Virus record (IMG/VR): IMGVR_UViG_3300022305_000561
Source of the DNA: a virus
Taxonomy: Duplodnaviria > Caudoviricetes
Strand: one strand, 5' to 3'
Length of the DNA: 64,000 nucleotides
A program made the translations under genes and the position numbers. Shown here piece after piece: positions 38,418 to 46,261 of this stretch (positions are counted from its first letter, which is position 1; each line of letters starts with the position of its first letter). The notes below the pieces were generated by a model. That model made no database searches, was not told the origin of the DNA, and was given only the letters and a program-made list of their open reading frames with translations.

Positions 38418-40517
38418 ATGTTAGATTTACTTGCTAAACAAAATGCTCACTTAGAGGCAATTGAAAACCTATTGAAGACTGATAGGTTGATGCAGTTGGC
38501 TCAGACTTATGGTATCCACCAAATTGATGTTGATGAGGATAAGGTTGTAAAATCTTTAGCCAGTATTGATAAAGAAGACGATAAGATAGTTAAGGCGACT
38601 GAGAGTATTGCAATCATATTAAGTCAGTTAAGTGCTCAGAATATTGAATCTAACGATTTATCAATAGAATCTAATGTTGTATCATCAAAAATCGTTAAGG
38701 CAATAGAAACTTCTTCAACATTTGCTCAAATCGCAGCTAAGGCACATCTTGAATCTCTAAAGAAGATGCGGGAAGATATAGCCAAAAATAACGAACATAA
38801 GGGTATTGCTGAAAAGTCTGGGCAGAAATCCGCAACCACTAATATAGTCGACAAGTTCAGAAATACTGTACAGAATATAGGAGAATGGGGAAAACGAACT
38901 AAAGAATCGTTATCAAACTCAGAAGGCAAAATGTCGGTTGGTAGTGTATTAAAATCACCCTTGAAAAGTATAGGTGCAGCACTATCTCCAAAATATGCAG
39001 AACAATTACAATACATCAAAAATGAAAGAAATCTTAATCCAGATTCTGACAAAACTGATAAAGAGTTGAAATCTGATTACAAAGAAAACAATCGCTATCA
39101 ACAAAGAAATGATAGAAACGAAAAGAACCTAGATCGTAATAGAGGAACCCTAACAAAAGAAGAATATTTGAAAGGTGGTTCTGATAAAGCTAAATCATAT
39201 GAAAAAGAACAACTGGATATTGGTAGAGGTCTCAAGAAAACCGATTCAAGATATAGATTAGACGATGAGCCAGAGAAGGATGAAAAGGCTCAGTACAAAG
39301 CGGGGGAAAGAGCACTTGGTTCTAGAAAGGCTGATAAGACCCTTGAGAAAAACTTTGCAACACGAACTACCCTAAACGAAAGGAATGTTGCTAATGAATC
39401 AACGTTAGCAACTGCTGTTGGTAAAACAAACTTAACCCAAAAAGAATTCCTATCAGGTAACTCAAAGGAAGCAAAGGCATATAAGAAAGAACAAGCTGCT
39501 GTTGGTAAAGGATTACAGAAAGTTGATTCAAGGTATACATTAGGTCAAGATGAACCATCAAGAGCAAAACCAATTAAGGCTACTGCTGAATCAAATAATG
39601 TACTTGGAACAGTATCTGCATTGGGTAGTTCTATAGAACCAATGACTGCTGCTAATTTATCTCAAGAAGATAAACTGGAAAGTATTGAAGTAACAAAAGA
39701 TTATCAAGATGCTCAACTAAAGAATAATGAAGAACAAACAGAAATCTTTACCGATCAACTAAAAACACAAAAAGAAATACTTGAAATCCTCAAAACTCCT
39801 GGAACTGCAGCACCTGCCTCGACTGGATCTGGTATTGGGTTACCTGAGACTGGGGGAGTTTTACAAAAGGCAGGTGGTTTTCTTAAAAAGGCAGGCAATG
39901 TTGCATCTAAATTTATGGGAGCAGCTGCAGTACCTTTAGCAGTTGGTGTTGTTGGAGCTGCCGCAGCCAACCTTGCTGCAAATACATTCTCTGATTCCTT
40001 TGGAGAAGGTGGGTTTGATGTTGTAAAGAAACTTCAAGATGATAAAGTGATTGATTATAACGCAACTGTTATGGGATTCAATCCTTCTGAGGTATTAGAT
40101 TGGGAAGGAATACAAAAGTTAAAACCTGAAGACCTAAAGAAATTGTTGGATTCAGGAGTTGAATTTAGTCCTGAGGATACTTCTAAACTACACAAAATAT
40201 ACACACAAAATCTGATTACAAATGGGAAGGATTCTCCTGCCGCTAAACCTGAACAAGTAACACCAACAGCACAACCTGTTACACCTGAACAAGTAACACC
40301 AACAGCTGAAGCACCTAAAGCAGCAAATGCTGTATATAATCAATCAGCTGAAACAGTGCAATCTGCAACACCTGCAGTTACTCCAGTGGTTAATAATATA
40401 TCATCGCCCACAAATGTAGTTAATAACAGTTCTAGTAAATCGCCTATGAGAATTGATGTTAAGAACCCTGAATCATCAGTTCAGGCTATGTTTTCAAGTA
40501 GACAGAAATTTTATTAA
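38418..40517 (+). CDS. tape measure protein (gp29-like)
   Basis: 699 aa, helical, Ala/Gly-rich hydrophobic segment, C-terminal VVNNISSPTNVVNN; follows gp26/gp51. Confidence 0.65.
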   Translation: MLDLLAKQNAHLEAIENLLKTDRLMQLAQTYGIHQIDVDEDKVVKSLASIDKEDDKIVKATESIAIILSQLSAQNIESNDLSIESNVVSSKIVKAIETSSTFAQIAAKAHLESLKKMREDIAKNNEHKGIAEKSGQKSATTNIVDKFRNTVQNIGEWGKRTKESLSNSEGKMSVGSVLKSPLKSIGAALSPKYAEQLQYIKNERNLNPDSDKTDKELKSDYKENNRYQQRNDRNEKNLDRNRGTLTKEEYLKGGSDKAKSYEKEQLDIGRGLKKTDSRYRLDDEPEKDEKAQYKAGERALGSRKADKTLEKNFATRTTLNERNVANESTLATAVGKTNLTQKEFLSGNSKEAKAYKKEQAAVGKGLQKVDSRYTLGQDEPSRAKPIKATAESNNVLGTVSALGSSIEPMTAANLSQEDKLESIEVTKDYQDAQLKNNEEQTEIFTDQLKTQKEILEILKTPGTAAPASTGSGIGLPETGGVLQKAGGFLKKAGNVASKFMGAAAVPLAVGVVGAAAANLAANTFSDSFGEGGFDVVKKLQDDKVIDYNATVMGFNPSEVLDWEGIQKLKPEDLKKLLDSGVEFSPEDTSKLHKIYTQNLITNGKDSPAAKPEQVTPTAQPVTPEQVTPTAEAPKAANAVYNQSAETVQSATPAVTPVVNNISSPTNVVNNSSSKSPMRIDVKNPESSVQAMFSSRQKFY
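40247..40306 (+). repeat. 24-nt direct repeat with period 36 in the tape measure gene
   Basis: acctgaacaagtaacaccaacagc at 40247-40270 and 40283-40306 (PEQVTPTA twice). Confidence 0.85.
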
Positions 40518-40537
40518 AAAAGGAGTCCGAAGACTCC
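40516..40537 (-). terminator. cUUCGg terminator of gp32
   Basis: GGAGTC-TTCG-GACTCC-TTTTTT on the minus strand. Confidence 0.9.
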
Positions 40538-40569
40538 CTGAGTGGTTTCTCCTTTAAGAGATAACTGGT

Positions 40570-41478
40570 TTATTCAGCTTCGGCAATACTCTTGAAGTAA
40601 TCAAGGATATCTTCGTCATCACTAGATACTGCAGCTTTTGGCTGTGGCGCTGGAGTTGACTTAGGTTGAGCAGGTTCCGTGGTTGCTACTCTTTCAGATA
40701 TTGCTGAAGCAGTAGTAACAGGAGCTGCATCTAAGTTCAACACATCAGCCAACTTACGGCTCAATTCTTCAAAAGTCTTAAAGTTCTTTTTATCAAGGAA
40801 CTCTCTCAAAGGATATTGTTTGTTTACTAATGCAACTAACTTATCCTCATCACCATTGAATAACTCAGATGGTGAATCAAACTCTGATTTGTCGTACGAT
40901 GGCCAACCTTCAACTTGTCTAATACGAAGTCTAAAGTTTGCACCTTCCCACAAACTAAATACATTGACTGGAGTTTCATCTTCAAAAGTTGGCTTGGCTT
41001 TATCCATAATCATGTCAAAGATTTTTTTACCAAACTTGAACAACTTAACTTGACCTTCATTCTCAGGATGTTTTGGGTCACTGATTACAAGAATGTTACA
41101 AGTATAGTTTAAACGTCTTTTTTGTTTACGAGCAGTTTCTTTATCTGCTTCTGAACCCGAGTTCCAAAGTTTGGCATTCAAATCACCTAATGGATCTTTC
41201 TCGCCAATTGTAGATAATGAATTCTCAATATACCAACGACCTGTTGGACCTTGAAATCCGTGATTGAAAATTCGTACCCAAGGAAGGTCATCGCCTTCAA
41301 CTTGCGGTAGAAATCTAATGACAGCAGAACCATTACCTGCTTTATCTCTGTCTAGTTTCCAAAGTCTATCATCATCAAAACTTTTTGATGTAGAACCTGG
41401 ATTAGTGATCTTTTCAAACTCAGAAGTAATTTTTGAAAAGTCATTGTTTCTTAATTTTCTTAACGATTGTATGTCCAT
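40570..41478 (-). CDS. gp32: single-stranded DNA-binding protein
   Basis: DDRLWKLDRDKAGNGSAVIRFLP, HGFQGPTGRWYIENS, FKFGKKIFD, GANF.L, YDKSEF, acidic tail. Confidence 0.97.
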   Translation of the reverse strand: MDIQSLRKLRNNDFSKITSEFEKITNPGSTSKSFDDDRLWKLDRDKAGNGSAVIRFLPQVEGDDLPWVRIFNHGFQGPTGRWYIENSLSTIGEKDPLGDLNAKLWNSGSEADKETARKQKRRLNYTCNILVISDPKHPENEGQVKLFKFGKKIFDMIMDKAKPTFEDETPVNVFSLWEGANFRLRIRQVEGWPSYDKSEFDSPSELFNGDEDKLVALVNKQYPLREFLDKKNFKTFEELSRKLADVLNLDAAPVTTASAISERVATTEPAQPKSTPAPQPKAAVSSDDEDILDYFKSIAEAE

Positions 41479-41575
41479 TTTATTTCCTAGTATAGTTGCG
41501 AAGTATTGTGTTGCGAAGTATCATTGTATATTTGCTATAACATTATATATCTCCCATAATTTAGTTTACATATCT

Positions 41576-41604
41576 ATTATACCCTATGAACCTGAAAAAG
41601 TAAA
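41576..41604 (-). promoter_or_regulatory. early/sigma70-type promoter of gp32
   Basis: TTTACT-17 nt-TATAAT. Confidence 0.75.
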
Positions 41605-41616
41605 GATTTATTTTTA

Positions 41617-41685
41617 TATAAATAGGTATAAGTCGCGATGTACCACCATCCACTTATTCTAAAACTATAACGGAGTATCAGCATG
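41617..41685 (+). ncRNA. conserved structured leader, copy 1 (late promoter, hairpin, RBS)
   Basis: TATAAATA-GGT-ATAAGT CGC GATG TACCAC CATC C ACTTAT-TCTAA...GGAG..ATG; covaries with the copies at 43853 and 55786. Confidence 0.7.
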
Positions 41686-42291
41686 ACTATTTATACAACA
41701 TTTATCCCAGACCAATATTGCGTCTATCACACCACCTATTCTGGATCGCTGATGCCAGCGAACTATATTGGCTCAACATCAGTAGACAATGTTCTCAATA
41801 AAAACTATCGTGGGTCTGTTGTTTCAAAAATCTATAAATCAATATGGAAATCTGAAATAAAACTGCATCCAGAACTATTCTCAACTGATATAGTATCATA
41901 TCACGACACTAGATCCGATGCGACTTGGAAAGAACTTCAGGTACAGAGAACTCTAAATGTTGTCAAGAGCGATTTGTTCGTAAATAGATCATATGCCACG
42001 GTAAATGGATTTCAAGATACAATATTTTCGCCAGAAGAACTCGCATCAAGAGGTAAGAACATATCAGATGCGCATGCCAATAGATCTCCAGAAGAAAAAG
42101 CAGCAACGAGTAAGAATCATTCTAATTCTTGGGATAACAAAACACCAGAAGAAAAAGCAGCATCCAGTAAGAAACATTCTGAGACTAAGGCTAAAAAGAA
42201 GGCAGAGTTAAATCTTCAACAAGCGAAGATTGCTCGAGAATTAGTTGTACTTTATCTTGAGGAAACTTTACAAATCTATCCAGTTTCTTAA
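41683..42291 (+). CDS. free-standing GIY-YIG-like (Seg-type) homing endonuclease
   Basis: YCVYHTTY..NYIGST..YRGS..E..Q..NVVKS..FVNRS catalytic domain; (S/T)PEEKAA.SK helical repeats; sits between gp59 and gp32. Confidence 0.75.
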   Translation: MTIYTTFIPDQYCVYHTTYSGSLMPANYIGSTSVDNVLNKNYRGSVVSKIYKSIWKSEIKLHPELFSTDIVSYHDTRSDATWKELQVQRTLNVVKSDLFVNRSYATVNGFQDTIFSPEELASRGKNISDAHANRSPEEKAATSKNHSNSWDNKTPEEKAASSKKHSETKAKKKAELNLQQAKIARELVVLYLEETLQIYPVS

Positions 42292-42811
42292 TTATTAAAA
42301 GATCCTTTCCCCATACTGTTTCTAAGGTTGATTCCCATTTCTCAAGGAACGGCATAAACTTATTTAGTATGAATAAAGACTCGATTGTAATATTATTTCC
42401 AAGATATAGTTTAAACAGTTCAGGAATATCCTTACTGTTATCTATCATTTCAATACAAGATAACCCTTTCTTTTCCATAGCCAATACTACATTATCAATA
42501 TCGTTATTAAAGGTGTTAGAAATACTTTGCTTCCGCCTATTCCATAAAATAAAGTTAGATTCAGAAGAAGCAATATTATGTATTGGGTCATTCTTATATG
42601 CGTAGTTAGATACGAGGAACTGAATTGACTCTGAATCAGTATCAAACTTTCTAGCTATAGCATTATAGATATTATAATCCCGTCTGGCTAAGAAGTTCTC
42701 ATAAGTTACACCAGAGGTCTTGCCTTTATAGTCAAATAGATTATATTTCTTATCGGTAAAGTGTAATCGAACAGCCTTATCATACTGGAACAGTTTGAAC
42801 CCAGTAATCAT
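42191..42811 (-). CDS. gp59: helicase loader
   Basis: GFKLFQ..AVRLHFT..YNLFDYKGK..F.ARRD, LYLGNNITIESL; lies between gp33 and gp32. Confidence 0.85.
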   Translation of the reverse strand: MITGFKLFQYDKAVRLHFTDKKYNLFDYKGKTSGVTYENFLARRDYNIYNAIARKFDTDSESIQFLVSNYAYKNDPIHNIASSESNFILWNRRKQSISNTFNNDIDNVVLAMEKKGLSCIEMIDNSKDIPELFKLYLGNNITIESLFILNKFMPFLEKWESTLETVWGKDLLIIKKLDRFVKFPQDKVQLILEQSSLVEDLTLPSF

Positions 42812-43023
42812 ATTACTGCACAGGTTGTGATTCTAGGCAACTTCCCTTCCTCAATCATCTCCAATTCAATCATATCCTTTAAAGATTTACTAATATTTGA
42901 TACAATATCAATTGGGTCGATAAAGTTATCAGAACAATACAATAGGATTGCATCCATTCTGGTTATTTTCTTTTCAATAGCCATTGTTTCTATAAACAAA
43001 CTGAAATCTACTTCTTCACTCAT
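42808..43023 (-). CDS. gp33: late promoter co-activator
   Basis: FSLFIE..MDAILLYC..IDP..ISKSLKDMIELE. Confidence 0.85.
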   Translation of the reverse strand: MSEEVDFSLFIETMAIEKKITRMDAILLYCSDNFIDPIDIVSNISKSLKDMIELEMIEEGKLPRITTCAVI

Positions 43024-43291
43024 TTATCTCTCCATTCAATAGTTCTAAATAATACCTCTCAGCTGACCTGAAGCCAAGCTTGAACATGTCCTCAGCGAAC
43101 TCAGACATACCTTGAGTTGACATCTTAAGCTCTTCTTCAGTTACAGGTTCTGAATCAGGCTGATCAAGATGTTCTTTGATCTTATAGTACAACTTCCTAT
43201 TCTTGCTTATCATTGAAGTTACACTTGAGTCACAGTAATCAGCCAAGACATCTTTTGCCTCTATCAACAAATCTCTTTCAATACTCATCAT
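43016..43291 (-). CDS. hypothetical protein, MS(I/K)ER(D/E)LL family
   Basis: Paralogous N-terminus and L.QP motif shared with the ORFs at 43278 and 58804. Confidence 0.65.
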   Translation of the reverse strand: MMSIERDLLIEAKDVLADYCDSSVTSMISKNRKLYYKIKEHLDQPDSEPVTEEELKMSTQGMSEFAEDMFKLGFRSAERYYLELLNGEINE

Positions 43292-43514
43292 CTACTCCAA
43301 ACGCATTTATTACTTTCTGTTTATAATCTTCACGAGCAACTCTATACCCAAGTGCATAGCCTCTTTTATATTTTTCTATCCCTTGTTGTAGTGTTAAAGT
43401 ATCTTGCTCAGGTTGAGCAAGTAGCTCTTTGATTTCGATTATGAGATTGGGGCATTTAGTGTTCACACTAAATGCTTCTGCACATCTTTCTAACAAATCT
43501 CTTTCAATACTCAT
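43278..43514 (-). CDS. hypothetical protein, MS(I/K)ER(D/E)LL family
   Basis: MSIERDLL..IKELLAQPEQ. Confidence 0.65.
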   Translation of the reverse strand: MSIERDLLERCAEAFSVNTKCPNLIIEIKELLAQPEQDTLTLQQGIEKYKRGYALGYRVAREDYKQKVINAFGVDDEY

Positions 43515-43792
43515 TTCAACAACTCCAAGTAATAACTCACCATTCTGTACTCCCGCATCAAAATCTCATATTCATCGAATTTCTCATTATATGGTTTCCT
43601 CACAGGGCTATCATATGTTGATTTCATCAATACTGAGTTTGTATATCTGTTACCAAAATCTATAAACCAATCATCAATAACTTTCTTCTGTTGAACCAAC
43701 CCTTCAAAGATTACAGATAGTTTATCTCTTTCCTTCATTGCATAAAGAATTGCATATTGTTTAATCATTTCGCGGTTCTCATTAATTAACAT
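43511..43792 (-). CDS. hypothetical protein
   Basis: 93-aa ORF coupled to the next gene; start lies right at the promoter +1 (possibly leaderless). Confidence 0.55.
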   Translation of the reverse strand: MLINENREMIKQYAILYAMKERDKLSVIFEGLVQQKKVIDDWFIDFGNRYTNSVLMKSTYDSPVRKPYNEKFDEYEILMREYRMVSYYLELLK

Positions 43793-43797
43793 AACTT

Positions 43798-43826
43798 ATT
43801 ATAATATACATTCCTAATTCAGTCAA
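43798..43826 (-). promoter_or_regulatory. sigma70-type promoter
   Basis: TTGACT-17 nt-TATAAT. Confidence 0.7.
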
Positions 43827-43852
43827 GGCTTATTTTAACAGTTTCTAATTAT

Positions 43853-43945
43853 TATAAATAGAAGTAGGCAATAAAAAAAAAATGCCAATCGCGGTGCTAC
43901 CAACACCCATTAGCTCTAATCATTCTTCAGTAAGGAACTACCATG
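43853..43945 (+). ncRNA. conserved structured leader, copy 2
   Basis: TATAAATA...GCCAAT CGC GGTG CTACCAA CACC C ATTAGC-TCTAA...AAGGA..ATG. Confidence 0.65.
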
Positions 43946-44490
43946 ACCAGCAACAATATTTATACCCTCCAATTTTGTACTTACCTAACATCATATTCAG
44001 GTAATAAACTCCCACCCTTCTATATTGGCTCTTCTTCTACTGAACGCATATCCTCAGAAGAGGGATTAATTTATAGAAAAGATCTAAGCGACAAAATGAC
44101 AGGTGAAGGAAATCCTCAATTCGGGAAAACAGGCGAACAAGCAACTTGCTTCGGAAGAACAGGCGAACTTCACCCTCTCTTCGGCAAAACAGGAGAACTC
44201 TCTCCTAACTTCGGCAAAAAACGATCAGATGAAGTTAAGTTATCGATATCCATTAATCACGCAGATGTATCAGGTTCAAATAATCCTAGAGCAAAATCTT
44301 GGAAACTTACATCTCCTCAAGGAATAGAATACTATTGTAAAGGGAATATAGAAACTATAGTCGAAGAACATAATCTAGGAATATCTTCCCTGAAAAATGT
44401 CTAGGATCTATAGTTCCCCCTTTACAATATAAATCTAACCATCCAAAGACAAAAAATACTGTTGGATGGAAACTAGAAATACTAATTTAA
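43943..44490 (+). pseudogene. degenerate GIY-YIG/NUMOD3-like endonuclease (internal deletion and frameshift)
   Basis: YLTSYSGNKLPPFYIGSS jumps straight to GE.NP.FGK repeats; after the A5 run near 44395 another frame continues LGSIVPP..NTVGWKLEIL* to 44490. Confidence 0.7.
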
Positions 44491-45048
44491 TTCTTTTATC
44501 ACATCGCATAATCCATACTGCAACGCTTCTGCTGGACTTAACCAGCAGTCATGCGCAGGAAGCAACACTTTCTTGATCTTATCTTCAGACAAGTTGGTAA
44601 ACTTCTTGTAATGACGTAGCAACATATCATTGGTTAAATCGAACGCCTTAGTAGTCGATACCAGCTCGTGATGCTTCCCAAAACTGGACCATGAATATTG
44701 ATGAGAAAGAATAGCAGTGTTTGGTGTTAATATTCTATTGCCTTTCATACCAGCCATAAAGATCATTAACCCAGCAGAAGCAATTTCTCCAATACCTATA
44801 GTTCTTACAGGAATTGCTGAACCTCTCATCACATCTATCAAAGCAAATCCAGAAGATAATGAACCACCGCCTGAACAAATCATCAGGTTCAATAACTCAG
44901 GTTTCTCTTCAGCAAAGTTTGAATCAATAATCCACTCTATAACACCCCTAATTGAATCATTATTGATATTATCCATCAAAAGATAAAATGCCTGTTGCTC
45001 TTTGTTGCCTGCAATAGATTTATTGATTTGTGAAAACATATTAGCCAT
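44482..45048 (-). CDS. clpP: ClpP-like serine protease
   Basis: ICSGGG, GIGEIASAG (Ser), ILSHQ (His), HDCWLSPAEA..YGLCD (Asp). Confidence 0.9.
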   Translation of the reverse strand: MANMFSQINKSIAGNKEQQAFYLLMDNINNDSIRGVIEWIIDSNFAEEKPELLNLMICSGGGSLSSGFALIDVMRGSAIPVRTIGIGEIASAGLMIFMAGMKGNRILTPNTAILSHQYSWSSFGKHHELVSTTKAFDLTNDMLLRHYKKFTNLSEDKIKKVLLPAHDCWLSPAEALQYGLCDVIKELN

Positions 45049-45097
45049 ATTAATCCTTATATGAAAATAAACTTATGTATTAAGATAAAAGCAATTG

Positions 45098-45151
45098 ATC
45101 TACTTAACCCAACTACAGATATATTATAACGTGAAAATGAGTAAAAGTAAA
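45098..45151 (-). promoter_or_regulatory. sigma70-type promoter of clpP with the duplicated 30-nt leader
   Basis: TTTACT-17 nt-TATAAT; leader identical to 7797-7826. Confidence 0.75.
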
Positions 45152-45272
45152 GCTTTTCCGTAACTTATTGTTCAGTAACTTCTTTTAAAGAAATAAGTCG
45201 TTTTAAACGCATTTAAGAATATTAATAGGTAACTTTGTACGGGTATGGTATTTTAAGGAAGAAATGGTGTTT

Positions 45273-45285
45273 TAAGTTATTGATT
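45273..45285 (-). promoter_or_regulatory. IHF-consensus site
   Basis: AATCAATAACTTA fits WATCAANNNNTTR, inside a 270-nt non-coding gap. Confidence 0.4.
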
Positions 45286-45316
45286 TTAATAGGGAATAAA
45301 GGCGAAATTTTAATCG

Positions 45317-46156
45317 CTATAGGTTTAAAACATTCATCATAAATAATTCAGAATTACCATTATTCATAATAGGAATCCCTTCATATTTGAACTCTTTGAA
45401 CTTTTGTAATATTTCTCGTTCTAAGTTACGGGCATCAATTCCTTTGTCATATTTTAATTCTTGTATGATAGTAGTTTTTATGCCCTCTGGTATACCCATC
45501 CCAGATAATCTTTCTTTAGCTGAAAAATTAGTAATTCCTATCTTATATAATATCAGGTCATCAAGTTCGAACTTAATATAATAACAAGTTCCAGGTTTAC
45601 TGTTGTCGAACCCGCCCTTAATGCAATATGGGCACCCCTTTCCACTAAGGTGTTGATGAGGATACCGTAGGAATGTTCCATGAGACGAGCATTCAATTTC
45701 TACTTTCTCCTTGTCTGATATAAATTTAGTATTATTATATCCATACTTAGAGTTGAAAATTCGATTAGATTTTTTAATAAAGTTTATAGATTTTTTATTT
45801 TCTTTTTTATATTGGAGGTTAGCAATAGCTTCTTCTTTAACTAATTTTCTTTTAGCGATAGATTCTCCTTTAACCGCTATCTTTTTTGCGATAGATTCTT
45901 TTTTGCATTCTGGACAATATGACACCTTCCTTAATAGGCTATCAGGTCTTCTGAGAAACATACCATGGGTTTCATTTATTGTGCAAAATACTTCTATATG
46001 AATTGCTGAACCTTTATATTCGCCGTATCGGAATTTATTTCCGTGAAAACTATTTGCTTTTAGGATAAATTGTTCTGTTGTTATCGTTGAATAATTCCTT
46101 TTGTATGAAATTTTGTAGTAGAAAGTTATGGCAATCCTTACTAAAGGGAATTTCAA
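45317..46156 (-). CDS. putative endonuclease (DUF723-like Zn repeats plus a GIY-YIG/T5orf172-like C-terminus); start codon probably mutated
   Basis: TTEQFILKA..HG..Y, C..HG.F...GCPYC repeats; YYIKF..LYKIGIT..ERL..LEREIL..GNSELF. Confidence 0.65.
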   Translation of the reverse strand: MKFPLVRIAITFYYKISYKRNYSTITTEQFILKANSFHGNKFRYGEYKGSAIHIEVFCTINETHGMFLRRPDSLLRKVSYCPECKKESIAKKIAVKGESIAKRKLVKEEAIANLQYKKENKKSINFIKKSNRIFNSKYGYNNTKFISDKEKVEIECSSHGTFLRYPHQHLSGKGCPYCIKGGFDNSKPGTCYYIKFELDDLILYKIGITNFSAKERLSGMGIPEGIKTTIIQELKYDKGIDARNLEREILQKFKEFKYEGIPIMNNGNSELFMMNVLNL

Positions 46157-46197
46157 ACAGGGTAATTAATCCTATTCTAGCCATACTTCTATTTATA
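46125..46197 (-). ncRNA. late promoter plus three-way-junction leader of the endonuclease gene
   Basis: TATAAATA at 46190-46197; P1 TATGGC/GCCATA, P2 AATAGG-ATTAATTAC-CCTGTT, P3 CCTT-TAGT-AAGG. Confidence 0.45.
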
Positions 46198-46229
46198 TAA
46201 ATTGGAATCTGATGTTCCAAAGTTTAGAC

Positions 46230-46257
46230 AAAAAAAAGCCTTCAGTCAAGAAGGCTT
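46230..46257 (-). terminator. rho-independent terminator
   Basis: AAGCCTTC-TTGACT-GAAGGCTT followed by a T run. Confidence 0.85.
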
Positions 46258-46261
46258 CAAT

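Noticed and set aside
46125-46190. Hammerhead or hairpin ribozyme in the three-way-junction leader
   Set aside because: GAAA and AGAA are present, but the CUGAnGA core and hairpin loop B are absent.
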